Below are positions 9,966 through 19,173 of a DNA stretch of 64,000 bases, in pieces. A program made the translations under genes and the position numbers. Numbering within the stretch: the first letter of the stretch is position 1; every line of letters begins with the position of its first letter. The stretch lies in assembly GCA_025336685.1 (NCBI GenBank), contig GCA_025336685.1_4717.1; one strand, given 5' to 3'. A model generated the notes under the pieces. It saw only the letters and a list, made by a program, of their open reading frames with translations. It was not told the origin of the DNA and made no database searches. The stretch is from Escherichia coli (GTDB taxonomy: Bacteria; Pseudomonadota; Gammaproteobacteria; Enterobacterales; Enterobacteriaceae).

Positions 9966-10893
9966 GGCATGCCTCCAGGAGGTATTTCATGTTGGCTTGG
10001 AAATCATTGACGTCACGCGCCATACGACGCTGATCCGCCATGAGACGAGCCAACACGGTATCACGGTAACCACGATCGTGGTCAGCAGCAGAGCATAAAA
10101 GAATAAATGTTGGCGGATGCTCTAAAGCAATCCCAGCAACTTCTTTACTATAACCCCCAACCCAGCTGTAAGCGGTGATTTCAAATAACAACGCTTGGGT
10201 TAACGTGTTCAAACGGGGACTAATATTACTTTCTTTTAATGCTGTTACGAAAGCTGCCATGTTAGGGATATAACCCAGGTTTTCGGTTGCGATACCGATG
10301 CTCGCAAAATCGTAACGAAGCGTTGTCTGGATGGTGCGCACCATAGTTAGTCTTTCATTATTTGTAAGGCTATCTTTAAACAAGCAAAGATAATACCATG
10401 CGGTTATGATGGCAACATCGCGACGTTGCTGAAGATCCAGCCCTAAACGTTGTGTGATTTGTCCGCTAATCCAATCACAAAAGACACGCATCGGGATAGG
10501 GCCAAGACGTTCAAAAGGACGTGTGCCCAAGGATTCCCATCCTACCTGAAGATACGCACGTGATTGAAGAAAGTTATATTCACGTTCGTTAACAACGGTA
10601 GTACGCGATCCTGGGCGTGAGGTGTCTGTTGGGGTGCGTGCGTAAGCGCGCTGGTCGACAACAACGCGTCGTCCATCCATCACCGTTTTAATGACCAACG
10701 GATGGCCAAAAGAAGGGATATCGTCCAGCGTATTTTTGTTGCCGATAACTTCGAGAACGGGGGTGTTTACAGCACTTTCTTCACCTGGTGCACTTAACAA
10801 TCCGCCGACGTAAGCAATTTCGACAGCGGTTCGGATACGGTCAACGCCTTTCAGTTTTGTTCCAACAGTTGTGTCGTAAGGAGAGATGAACAT
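9946..10893 (-). CDS. hypothetical protein (315 aa)
   Basis: ORF track; first gene of the minus-strand structural operon, divergent from the sheath gene. Confidence 0.5.
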   Translation of the reverse strand: MFISPYDTTVGTKLKGVDRIRTAVEIAYVGGLLSAPGEESAVNTPVLEVIGNKNTLDDIPSFGHPLVIKTVMDGRRVVVDQRAYARTPTDTSRPGSRTTVVNEREYNFLQSRAYLQVGWESLGTRPFERLGPIPMRVFCDWISGQITQRLGLDLQQRRDVAIITAWYYLCLFKDSLTNNERLTMVRTIQTTLRYDFASIGIATENLGYIPNMAAFVTALKESNISPRLNTLTQALLFEITAYSWVGGYSKEVAGIALEHPPTFILLCSAADHDRGYRDTVLARLMADQRRMARDVNDFQANMKYLLEACRGVERF

Positions 10894-10974
10894 ATGTAAT
10901 TCCTTTATTACGGCATATAAGAAAACGGGTTAAGCACACAGATTTACGCATAATTGTAATTTTTTACGTTATGC

Positions 10975-11010
10975 CTATGACATTGTGTCACGTGTGCAAT
11001 TATGTCATAC
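10975..11010 (+). promoter_or_regulatory. inverted repeat TATGACAT-N18-ATGTCATA with central CACGTG, 27 nt upstream of sheath ATG
   Basis: Read directly in the divergent intergenic region 10894..11036. Confidence 0.3.
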
Positions 11011-11036
11011 AATTTCCTTAAATTAAGGAGAGTTCC

Positions 11037-13109
11037 ATGAGGCTTAAGAATAGCACGCCTCGCGCGATTTTTACGGGCTTTAAAGAGGGTCTTACCACGG
11101 ATCCGGTTACAGCCCCAGAGATCACGCCCATTCACCTCCCGTATGTATTCATTCAGGGTGGTCGTGGTAAAGAGGACACCTTGCTGTTAACAGGGGACGC
11201 CCTGTCTACAGTTTACGGTGAAGATATGCTGAACTACCGTAGTAAGTACGCTTCTCCAGCAACACTGATTGCTCGCCAAGCTGCTTCTACGGGTAGCGCG
11301 ATCTTCACAAAACGTTTGGTTGCGCCGGATGCAACGGCAGCACGCCTCCGTATCGGTGTTGAAGTGGTCGCCGATAAACTGGTCGTTTACCAGCGTAATG
11401 CTGACGGGTCTTTCAAAAAGGACACCGCCGGTAACAAAATCCCCGACGGCGATAAAACCGTTGATGGGTTGAAACTGCGTTGGGTTGTTAACCACGACAA
11501 AGATGCTGAAACGCCGAATGTTTTCGGTAAAGATGAAGTGGTTATCGGCCAACTGACGGCAACTGACGGTACCCAGAGTAACTACTATCCTATTCTGGAT
11601 GGGTTAGTAAGCTGGCGTGGTGCTGACGGGGATAACATCGGCGTGCGTTTGGAAGCACCGACCGCGCTGAGCAGTAACCCTACCCGTACCGATATTATCG
11701 AACGCATCGGTGCTTTCCTGTACCGCATCCAGTTCGTGGAACGCAAGTCTTCACGTACTGCGCCGACAGTCATTCGTACAATCAGCGGTATGGAACAAGA
11801 AACCTTCGCACTGCAGGAAGGTGTTATCCAACCTGATGATGAAACCGATCTGTCCTTCGGTAAAGTGGTCGTTGACGCCTACGAGTATAATGAGACGGGT
11901 AACACCCCGATCTTTGCTCCGATGGATCAGATGCATCTTTATCAGAAGAACATCGACGAAATCGTCAAGAAGCTGTACGAATCTGAAAGCAAAGCTAACA
12001 ACGATCTGTTAACCGACGTCGAATTCGTCGAAGGCCAGATGAACATCTTCACTGGTGTTGATTACAACGGTATTCCGTATCAAACCATCGAAGTTCTCGA
12101 TGCGGATCAGGGCGGCGCTATCTTCGATGGTACCAGCACCTTCTACGCAATCGATGGTAGTGATGGCGACGTAAGCTGGGATACCTTCGATGCGTTAGCG
12201 AAGCAGCAGTTCGAATCGTTCGGCAACATGGGTGAAGACCTGGAAGACATGGCTTTCTATCCGTTCTCTATTGTGTACGACATTGGTTACAAAGTCGACA
12301 CGAAGAAAGCGATGGCGAATGTCTTGTCTCTGCGTCCTGACGTCATGATCATTGCATCAACCCACACCTGGAAGGGCGTGGAGCTGAACGTCGACGAAGA
12401 AAGCTCCATGGGTGCAATGCTGCGTAACTACTACCGTCTGCATCCAGAAAGCGTGCTTTACAATACCCCAGCCTGTCGTGCTGCTGTGTTCATGCAATAT
12501 GGCGAAAGCATCGAAGCGCCAAGCCTGGGTAAAGTTCCGCTAACGCTGGAAGTTGCTAATAAACTTGCAACGTACATGGGTGCTTCAGATGGTGTTATCC
12601 GCGGTACCCGCATCGATAACAACCCTGGTAACGTTGTCACAACGATGCGTAAAATCAACAAGACGTATCGTAACGCAACGGTCCGCGATCGTGATTGGGA
12701 AAACGGCTTGAACTATGTTCAGACCTACAACCGTAATTCCAACTTCTTCCCGGCTTGGGGCACGATCTACAATAACGACCGTTCGGTATGGCGTTCGTTG
12801 ATCAACGTGATCATCGGCTGCGATCTGACCCGTGTGTGTTATCGTCTCTGGGCAGAAACCACCGGTACTACAGGAATGGATGAAGCGCTGTTCCTGAAGC
12901 TGATGGGTGAACGCTTCCTGGAATACACCACGGGTCGTTACAACGATCACGTGACCGTTAAAGGACGTTTCTACCTGGATAAAGAAGACGGTTACAACGG
13001 CTTCAGCTATCACGGCGATATTAGCCTTATCGGCGATCCGGGTATGACCGTGGGTACGTTTACCATCACCGGGCTGCGTCGTAACACCGAAGCAGCAGAA
13101 GCGGCGTAA
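11037..13109 (+). CDS. putative contractile tail sheath protein
   Basis: 690 aa, close to the ~695 aa sheath of phiKZ-type phages (from memory); followed 15 nt later by a ~300 aa ORF and a strong terminator; AAGGAGAG SD. No sequence alignment was possible. Confidence 0.55.
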   Translation: MRLKNSTPRAIFTGFKEGLTTDPVTAPEITPIHLPYVFIQGGRGKEDTLLLTGDALSTVYGEDMLNYRSKYASPATLIARQAASTGSAIFTKRLVAPDATAARLRIGVEVVADKLVVYQRNADGSFKKDTAGNKIPDGDKTVDGLKLRWVVNHDKDAETPNVFGKDEVVIGQLTATDGTQSNYYPILDGLVSWRGADGDNIGVRLEAPTALSSNPTRTDIIERIGAFLYRIQFVERKSSRTAPTVIRTISGMEQETFALQEGVIQPDDETDLSFGKVVVDAYEYNETGNTPIFAPMDQMHLYQKNIDEIVKKLYESESKANNDLLTDVEFVEGQMNIFTGVDYNGIPYQTIEVLDADQGGAIFDGTSTFYAIDGSDGDVSWDTFDALAKQQFESFGNMGEDLEDMAFYPFSIVYDIGYKVDTKKAMANVLSLRPDVMIIASTHTWKGVELNVDEESSMGAMLRNYYRLHPESVLYNTPACRAAVFMQYGESIEAPSLGKVPLTLEVANKLATYMGASDGVIRGTRIDNNPGNVVTTMRKINKTYRNATVRDRDWENGLNYVQTYNRNSNFFPAWGTIYNNDRSVWRSLINVIIGCDLTRVCYRLWAETTGTTGMDEALFLKLMGERFLEYTTGRYNDHVTVKGRFYLDKEDGYNGFSYHGDISLIGDPGMTVGTFTITGLRRNTEAAEAA

Positions 13110-13124
13110 TGAGAGGAGTCCATA

Positions 13125-14015
13125 ATGCGTCCTGATAATACCCTACTCGGTGAACAGGGTGTTGGTGCTCTTAGCAACGCGGCTATGGTCGATATTCGTG
13201 CAGGTGCCCAAAACGGGTACATCAGCAATATCGGTACGTACGTTGCTAACGCCAACTACATTCCGAACCAAATGTTCTGTCTCCTGCTGGAGGCACCACG
13301 TGGTTTCAACTATCTACCTAACCCGGATGTACAGATTGGTTATCTGAAGGCGCTGGTAGAAGAGGTTGCGCATTCGATTACCGGTCTGCAACGCGGATTG
13401 GAAGTTGAATTCGTTAGCGTCCCGGTTTCTGGTTCCGGTGAAATCCAGGAAGAAGTCTCTGACGTTAAACGTCCTCGCTCTAACCCGACTTTCGGGATCT
13501 ATGAGAAAGAAGGTCGTTCCGTTAGTTACTTCCTGGAACAATGGATCACGTATCTGTTGATGGATCCGGATGCCAAATATCCGATGTTGTCGTCTATCGT
13601 ATCCACCGGTGGTCCAACCGACCTGCTGGCGGATTATCGTAGCGCAACAATGCTGTTCGTTGAGCCAGACCGTCAACACAAGAAAGTGGTTAACGCCTGG
13701 CTGTGCACGAACATGATGCCTCACGGTACCGGTGACTGGACATCACGTCGTAACAAGAACGATGCGCCAAACGTGGTAGAATTGAGCATTCAGTTCACTG
13801 CGTTAACACAGACCAACTACGGCGTGCGTGCTTTTGCACAACGTCTGCTGGATAAGATGAACCTGCTTAAAGTGAACCCGGATTTCCGTCCGGCTTATCT
13901 GAGCGACATCGATCCTGCTGTGGCAGCGCAGAAGGTTGGCTACACCTTCGACTTTGATAACAGCGATACCTTTGAGGTACCGAACGCTTATCAAAACGTA
14001 ACACCTCGCGTGTAA
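13125..14015 (+). CDS. putative tail tube protein
   Basis: 296 aa ORF immediately downstream of the putative sheath; GAGAGGAG SD 7 nt upstream; strong terminator after the stop. Confidence 0.45.
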   Translation: MRPDNTLLGEQGVGALSNAAMVDIRAGAQNGYISNIGTYVANANYIPNQMFCLLLEAPRGFNYLPNPDVQIGYLKALVEEVAHSITGLQRGLEVEFVSVPVSGSGEIQEEVSDVKRPRSNPTFGIYEKEGRSVSYFLEQWITYLLMDPDAKYPMLSSIVSTGGPTDLLADYRSATMLFVEPDRQHKKVVNAWLCTNMMPHGTGDWTSRRNKNDAPNVVELSIQFTALTQTNYGVRAFAQRLLDKMNLLKVNPDFRPAYLSDIDPAVAAQKVGYTFDFDNSDTFEVPNAYQNVTPRV

Positions 14016-14040
14016 CGTAAAAAAAAAGCATATTAACCTC

Positions 14041-14090
14041 CCTTCCTTCCCCGGCCTTGATGGCTAGGGAAGGAAGGTTTATGGTTTATT
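14041..14090. terminator. bidirectional intrinsic terminator (stem CCTTCCTTCCC / GGGAAGGAAGG, loop CGGCCTTGATGGCTA, then TTTATGGTTTATTT; A9 run on the other side)
   Basis: Read directly; sits between convergent genes 13125..14015 (+) and 14090..14629 (-). Confidence 0.75.
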
Positions 14091-14629
14091 TACTGTTTGT
14101 TCTTAGCTTCGCGAATGAAAATAACGTCAGGATATTCTTGAGATTCAATGAATTCAGGATTACGATAACGACGAATATGACGCATCGCCGTACAGGCAAG
14201 TTTGTAAAGATGTTCCTCCTCACGTTGCGTTAATAACATCAGCTGTGTGTCTGGAATCACGAATGGAAGTCTTTCATTCACATATTCCCGGAGGTCATCG
14301 AGATCATCATGATGAATACCCTCTGAGAGTTTATATAACGCTTCCAGCAGTTCTAATCCGCCAAACTGGTAACTTCCTATTGTCGTCTTAAACAATGCGC
14401 CAGAACGCGTGGTGGATGCTCTATCGGCAACATCGTACTGTTCCAACACATATCCGTAGACCATGCTACGTCGATCCAGTGTATCTGTAACGAGATTACG
14501 CCATCGTTCCAGTCTTTTGAGCGCCTTGTCGATAGAGTAAACGATCATGCCGTGCTCATCTAACTCTTCTGCGATACCCATTAGTTCGGTGTTGTTCGGT
14601 TTTGCTGCGCCGATAAGAAAAACACTCAT
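14090..14629 (-). CDS. hypothetical protein (179 aa)
   Basis: ORF track; 1-nt overlap with upstream DUF488-like gene. Confidence 0.5.
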   Translation of the reverse strand: MSVFLIGAAKPNNTELMGIAEELDEHGMIVYSIDKALKRLERWRNLVTDTLDRRSMVYGYVLEQYDVADRASTTRSGALFKTTIGSYQFGGLELLEALYKLSEGIHHDDLDDLREYVNERLPFVIPDTQLMLLTQREEEHLYKLACTAMRHIRRYRNPEFIESQEYPDVIFIREAKNKQ

Positions 14630-15090
14630 TACTCAAACTCCTTATTCCAAAACTCGATTAACGAATCGAGCTGTTCCTTACTGGTTATCTCACCTCCCTT
14701 AACAAAATGAAATCGTTCTTGAATCGCGATCTTTTCAAGGATATCGGTAAGCAAATGACGATGACAGAAATTTCCTGCAGGACAATAACACCCTAACACC
14801 ATAACCGGATGGGAGAATAAAGACAACCATTCCGATGTATGATCAACAAAGCTTTTACGCATGAGTGCGTAGTAGCCTGCGGTATATTCATCCTCGGTTA
14901 ACGTTTTTGATTTGATTCCTGTAACAAGTTCCCATGAAGGTGCGTAGAGCGGGTTACCTGTTTTCACCGTTGTGTCCAGTAGGAACGCCCGTGTGTCTGA
15001 AAGCCAACGATATTTAGCTAATTGAAGGGTGTATAAAAACATAGCACTAACCCCCAAAGGATAAAAATAAAACCTTAACATAACCACCAC
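14629..15090 (-). CDS. DUF488-like protein
   Basis: 153 aa; C-terminal motif VMVLGCYCPAGNFCHRHLLTDIL matches the remembered LLCxC...CHR..L signature of DUF488; upstream APSWEL resembles the family's APS.eL segment. Recalled from memory, not searched. Confidence 0.5.
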   Translation of the reverse strand: MVVMLRFYFYPLGVSAMFLYTLQLAKYRWLSDTRAFLLDTTVKTGNPLYAPSWELVTGIKSKTLTEDEYTAGYYALMRKSFVDHTSEWLSLFSHPVMVLGCYCPAGNFCHRHLLTDILEKIAIQERFHFVKGGEITSKEQLDSLIEFWNKEFE

Positions 15091-15147
15091 CGCAACCCCA
15101 TTACAGGGCTACGGTGGGGTCATACAGAGAGACGTGTTATGTTACAA

Positions 15148-15627
15148 TCAGTCTTTCAACAGCTCGGCTGCATACGCACTGATGTTGTCGCGAATATGCT
15201 TAACCTGAGTTGTCGGGAAAGATTTCTTATACGCGGTGGTCAGACGTCCGTAAACCTGTTTCTTCTCGTTAGAGCCGAAACCAACTTCAGCGCTACGTTG
15301 AACTGTTGCAGACACAACGTCTTTGCCCAGCGGCAGCGTCACAGAAACAACGTCAACCTGCTTGTTATCCGCCATGAACTGCGCGCCAACACGGCCAACC
15401 GCCAGACCGTGAGCCAGACCGATATCGGTGGTCAGTTTCTGTGCTTTTTCCAGGATTTCTTTTTCTTCCGGCGTTACCAGAGTACCCAGGAAATCACTGC
15501 CCAGCTTCTGGCTACCTGATTCGTCCAGTTTGAGGCCAGCGGCGATTTTATCAGAAAGGGCCTGAACTTCCGGACGTACGTTAGAAGTGGTTTCAGTTGC
15601 TACGGTGGTTTCTACAGCTTCAGACAT
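15148..15627 (-). CDS. hypothetical protein (159 aa)
   Basis: ORF track; preceded by CTATATTAC promoter-like motif at 15751..15759. Confidence 0.5.
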   Translation of the reverse strand: MSEAVETTVATETTSNVRPEVQALSDKIAAGLKLDESGSQKLGSDFLGTLVTPEEKEILEKAQKLTTDIGLAHGLAVGRVGAQFMADNKQVDVVSVTLPLGKDVVSATVQRSAEVGFGSNEKKQVYGRLTTAYKKSFPTTQVKHIRDNISAYAAELLKD

Positions 15628-15750
15628 GTTAATACTCCAATTAGTTTTTTCGATCGATCAAAAGGATAAAATCAGAAGATTCTTTCTTCATAGGGAAAAC
15701 ACAAGTCGGTTAAGGTTTACTTCTTAAACTCCTTGCGTTCTATCAGTTAG

Positions 15751-15759
15751 GTAATATAG
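15751..15759 (-). promoter_or_regulatory. promoter-like motif GGNCTATATTACC (copy 1)
   Basis: Exact 9-mer CTATATTAC on minus strand with GG two bases upstream, about 125 nt upstream of the 15627 start; same motif recurs at 23736, 40045 and 53165. Confidence 0.35.
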
Positions 15760-15762
15760 ACC

Positions 15763-16560
15763 TCAACTTTTTTCCAATAATGCCGCAACGTTCCGCGCGA
15801 AACGAATAACTTTGTAATTGCGGGTTTGTTTGACATCTTCTCCATCACTATCATCTTCGGACGGATCTTCCCACATGAAGTCTTGTTCGTCCGCTTTCTG
15901 TAAGTAGTGGTATAACTGCACCATGCTGCGTGCGGTTGGAGAGATAGCGCGAAGTTCGTCTAAATCTTCATCGGTAAGCAGAACATGCGGTGAACGCAGT
16001 GGTTCCATTGCCGTATTACACAGCAGACGAATAAGCAGATCGACACACGGAATAACGGAACTTGGTGAGGCGATTTCTGGGTGTAGTGTATAACCCCAGT
16101 ACACGCTGTTAAAATAGGCCAATACCGCAGGTAGTGAAGGATGTTCCATCACACGACCAATTTGCTGTCTTACAATAGATGCACGATCGTTCAGTACATC
16201 GAGAGTAATTTGTTGCGGTTCCATAACAGCGAGTGACATACCGTACGCATCGGCTACGCCAAGGATTTCATGAAGAGCCGAACGCTCTTCTTCTGCGGAT
16301 GTTGTCCCGATCGCTTTACGTCCAGCAAGTTCGATTAGCATCGGTGAAACAGTTTCTTTAACCTCGTTTAAAGAAGCCTGGTAAGCATGTTTGTGAAGGT
16401 ACAGTGTCCACGCTAATGCGCGCTCAGCTGCATGAAGCAGATCGACATAAGACTGTTCTTGATAGCATGGTCCGTACACGCTCACCGCAAGCTTGGTGGC
16501 TTTCTCGGAAGCTTGCATAATAGCATCAGGTGATTTAGGCATATCGCGTTCTTCTTGCAT
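15763..16560 (-). CDS. hypothetical protein (265 aa)
   Basis: ORF track. Confidence 0.5.
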   Translation of the reverse strand: MQEERDMPKSPDAIMQASEKATKLAVSVYGPCYQEQSYVDLLHAAERALAWTLYLHKHAYQASLNEVKETVSPMLIELAGRKAIGTTSAEEERSALHEILGVADAYGMSLAVMEPQQITLDVLNDRASIVRQQIGRVMEHPSLPAVLAYFNSVYWGYTLHPEIASPSSVIPCVDLLIRLLCNTAMEPLRSPHVLLTDEDLDELRAISPTARSMVQLYHYLQKADEQDFMWEDPSEDDSDGEDVKQTRNYKVIRFARNVAALLEKS

Positions 16561-16662
16561 CTTTTAAATTCCTACTTAACAATAAAGTTTATATACGGCG
16601 TATGTATCCGTAGAATAATGAGTTCTGGTAAGATCTTACATCAAAATGACGGCATAAAAAGT

Positions 16663-16690
16663 ACCTCCTTACCCATGTGGGTAAGGAGGT
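16663..16690 (-). terminator. hairpin terminator (ACCTCCTTACC / GGTAAGGAGGT) followed on minus strand by T5
   Basis: Read directly; downstream of the minus-strand gene 16842..17651, inside a 280-nt non-coding gap. Confidence 0.55.
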
Positions 16691-16841
16691 TCGTCCATCA
16701 CGACGGAAGGACGTTATGTGACGCGGTGTCCATAACGGCCCTGGTAGCAGGCATTAAAAAGATAACAAAAGGATGTAAGTTGAGCTAAACCACCTAAATA
16801 CGGTAACGATTACTTCCGTACACAATATAACGTAACATCTT

Positions 16842-17651
16842 TTACCACTGATTAAAGCTGCCCGCTTTAACGATGTCACAACGCAGATGGTTACATAACT
16901 GATCCAGGAAGACAACCGGACTGTCACCGGACAACATGGCCAGTGCGTGCTGACCGCCAGAACGAACAACCAGATCATCAACCATTGGCGCAGTAATCGG
17001 GAGATCGTACGCGTCCATGATTGCTTTGGCTTCCTGTTCTACGTCTTTCTGAAACCCTTCCATCGTCGGAGAGTCATATTTGGTTGCAAACTCGATCCCA
17101 GGCAAGTTAACGTAATCGTAAGTCATCACGCGGGTCATAACGCGACGGCGCTCACGTTGCCAGATCTGAGGATCGGTTAACGCACGAACCGAAAAACACA
17201 CGTTCACCAGAGGCGTTTCAAAATCCTTACGTAACGCATCACCGTACGGACCACAAGGAATAACGTCCCCCATCACCATCACGACAGGACGACCACGACG
17301 ATCGCGTCCTGCTTCTTCCAACCAAATCTTAGAAAAGCAATGACTCACTTTGGTTTCTTCGATTCGTAACGCTCGCTGTAAAAAGCTGGTGGCATCCTGA
17401 CCGATCTCTGGTTTAGGGTGACCGTATTCACCTTTCAGCGAACGATTGCGTGCGTTTGTTTGCAGTAAGCTGTTTTCCAGGAACAACGGTTTCGAACGCT
17501 CAAGTTCGTAATATTCTTCGGTATTGTTAAAACAGTTAAACCCACCGATAACACAGGTGTAGGCACCGTCAGCGTTAGGACGGATAATACCTTTTTTATT
17601 CACACCGAGATAACTGGTGCAAACAAGATTACTAATTGGTGGTTGCATCAT
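16842..17651 (-). CDS. hypothetical protein (269 aa)
   Basis: ORF track. Confidence 0.5.
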   Translation of the reverse strand: MMQPPISNLVCTSYLGVNKKGIIRPNADGAYTCVIGGFNCFNNTEEYYELERSKPLFLENSLLQTNARNRSLKGEYGHPKPEIGQDATSFLQRALRIEETKVSHCFSKIWLEEAGRDRRGRPVVMVMGDVIPCGPYGDALRKDFETPLVNVCFSVRALTDPQIWQRERRRVMTRVMTYDYVNLPGIEFATKYDSPTMEGFQKDVEQEAKAIMDAYDLPITAPMVDDLVVRSGGQHALAMLSGDSPVVFLDQLCNHLRCDIVKAGSFNQW

Positions 17652-17729
17652 AACCCCTTTATAAGCAACTGAATGAAAAACGTTACCTTCCCGCTTTTTA
17701 TATCAAGAAGGCGACACGTAAGCGTTATA

Positions 17730-18461
17730 TCACCATTCATACGATCCGGCGCACTGATGTCCCAACAGCACCAATGCGTCGTCTTTGGCGGCCAGGTATT
17801 TTTCTAACGTTATCCGTGAAACAGACACATTGGAGAAATCCATCACACCTAAGCGATGATCGTAATGGTTAATTTGCATCCGGTAATAACCTTTCTTTAC
17901 CACCAAAAACTCACCCTGACGCAACCATAACGGAACGTTGTCCACCTCCGCATGGATATAAAACACCGGACATTCTGTCGTAACGGAGTTTTCCTTCCCA
18001 TCACTATCCGTGATCTTCCCTTTGGGAACAGCCGCGATAAAACATTCTCCGATACGTTCGGTTTGATACCCGTTGGGATAGCGTGGATCGTGAAATAGCC
18101 AATGCTCATCGCTGATATCAACATCGGATAACAGCGTACGATGTGGACGTAAGGCGATGTCAAACGGAACACGATAGATAATGTACCCGCCTAACCAATG
18201 CGCTAAGTGACCACCGGAATAATACTGCTTGATTGCGGTACTGTAACCGTATACACAACCCATCAAACTGCTGGATACACAGATCCTTGGAAACGATCCA
18301 TCCTCCATACGCAAGGTACGTTGAGGAATACGCGGCATCATCGTTTTCAGTTCGGTATCGGTGCTAATATGCAATAAACCGAAAGGAAGCGTTTTACTCG
18401 GGACCCACGCGCAACGTTCCATAATCGCTCTTGGGACAATAGTCTCGATAGACGATAACAT
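17730..18461 (-). CDS. hypothetical protein (243 aa)
   Basis: ORF track. Confidence 0.5.
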   Translation of the reverse strand: MLSSIETIVPRAIMERCAWVPSKTLPFGLLHISTDTELKTMMPRIPQRTLRMEDGSFPRICVSSSLMGCVYGYSTAIKQYYSGGHLAHWLGGYIIYRVPFDIALRPHRTLLSDVDISDEHWLFHDPRYPNGYQTERIGECFIAAVPKGKITDSDGKENSVTTECPVFYIHAEVDNVPLWLRQGEFLVVKKGYYRMQINHYDHRLGVMDFSNVSVSRITLEKYLAAKDDALVLLGHQCAGSYEW

Positions 18462-18462
18462 A

Positions 18463-19173
18463 TCACCCCCTCAGAATCGCTTCTGTTTCGCTGATCGTAT
18501 CCGCAGGATAAACCAAACTACTGTCGATTGCGTTATTCACGTAACCACCCATTAAGTTGGTGATGGTGTTTGTACCACTATCGATAATGTTTCGTAATCC
18601 GATGTCGATGGCTTTTAAGGTGCTGCGTTCCTCATCCGAAAGTAAACGCCACGCTCGACGACGATCGTTGGGGTCACGTGTGGTGATAGAAGCCAGAACA
18701 GAATAGATGCTGCTGTCTGCGTTCAGTTTAACACCCGCCAATTTCGCTGACGTGTAGAGCAGCTGATATTTTTCTTTTTCGGTATACCACCATGGCACTT
18801 TACCGAGCGTATAGATCTCGTTATACATCAGCCATGGGAAAGAGTTTCGCATCACGACATCGGTTGACACCAACACCGTGTCGCCGGGAAGAAATACAAA
18901 TTCGTAAAACGGCTGACCATCCATGGTAATCTCACGGATGTCAGATGGGTCGATATGGAGCTGAGTCAATGCGTGGCTGACACCATACTGACCATCGGGA
19001 AGAATAATCGGGCAGCACGCACAAACCCGGTTCTCACTCCCGATGATAGATAAACCCAATCCCTCGTAACGGACGGGCGTCAGAATCGAACACCCGCCAC
19101 GAGTAACAACAGATTTATCTTCTTGTATGTCCCAGTCCGCAAGCACCGCAGCACCGTTGCGGACAAGCGCCAT
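18463..19173 (-). CDS. hypothetical protein (236 aa)
   Basis: ORF track; tightly packed with neighbours. Confidence 0.5.
   Translation of the reverse strand: MALVRNGAAVLADWDIQEDKSVVTRGGCSILTPVRYEGLGLSIIGSENRVCACCPIILPDGQYGVSHALTQLHIDPSDIREITMDGQPFYEFVFLPGDTVLVSTDVVMRNSFPWLMYNEIYTLGKVPWWYTEKEKYQLLYTSAKLAGVKLNADSSIYSVLASITTRDPNDRRRAWRLLSDEERSTLKAIDIGLRNIIDSGTNTITNLMGGYVNNAIDSSLVYPADTISETEAILRG

Noticed and set aside
9946-10893. Candidate tubulin-like PhuZ (315 aa) and candidate nucleus-shell proteins among the 480-580 aa ORFs.
   Set aside because: No tubulin G-rich GTP-binding signature in the 315 aa ORF and no recognisable shell-protein features in the others; these genes are probably outside this window.
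1498-10911. TTTATTAC variants of the promoter motif upstream of plus-strand genes (1498..1506, 10902..10911).
   Set aside because: Only two copies, each one mismatch from CTATATTAC; this is too weak to call without a genome-wide scan.
15083-15120. Hairpin-like element between 14629..15090 and 15148..15627.
   Set aside because: Alternative pairings of only 5-6 bp with long loops; not convincing as a stable structure.
16561-16841. Possible tRNA or small RNA in the 280-nt non-coding gap (GGTTCG-like segment near 16688).
   Set aside because: No cloverleaf could be built by eye; the region is better explained as terminator plus 5' leader.
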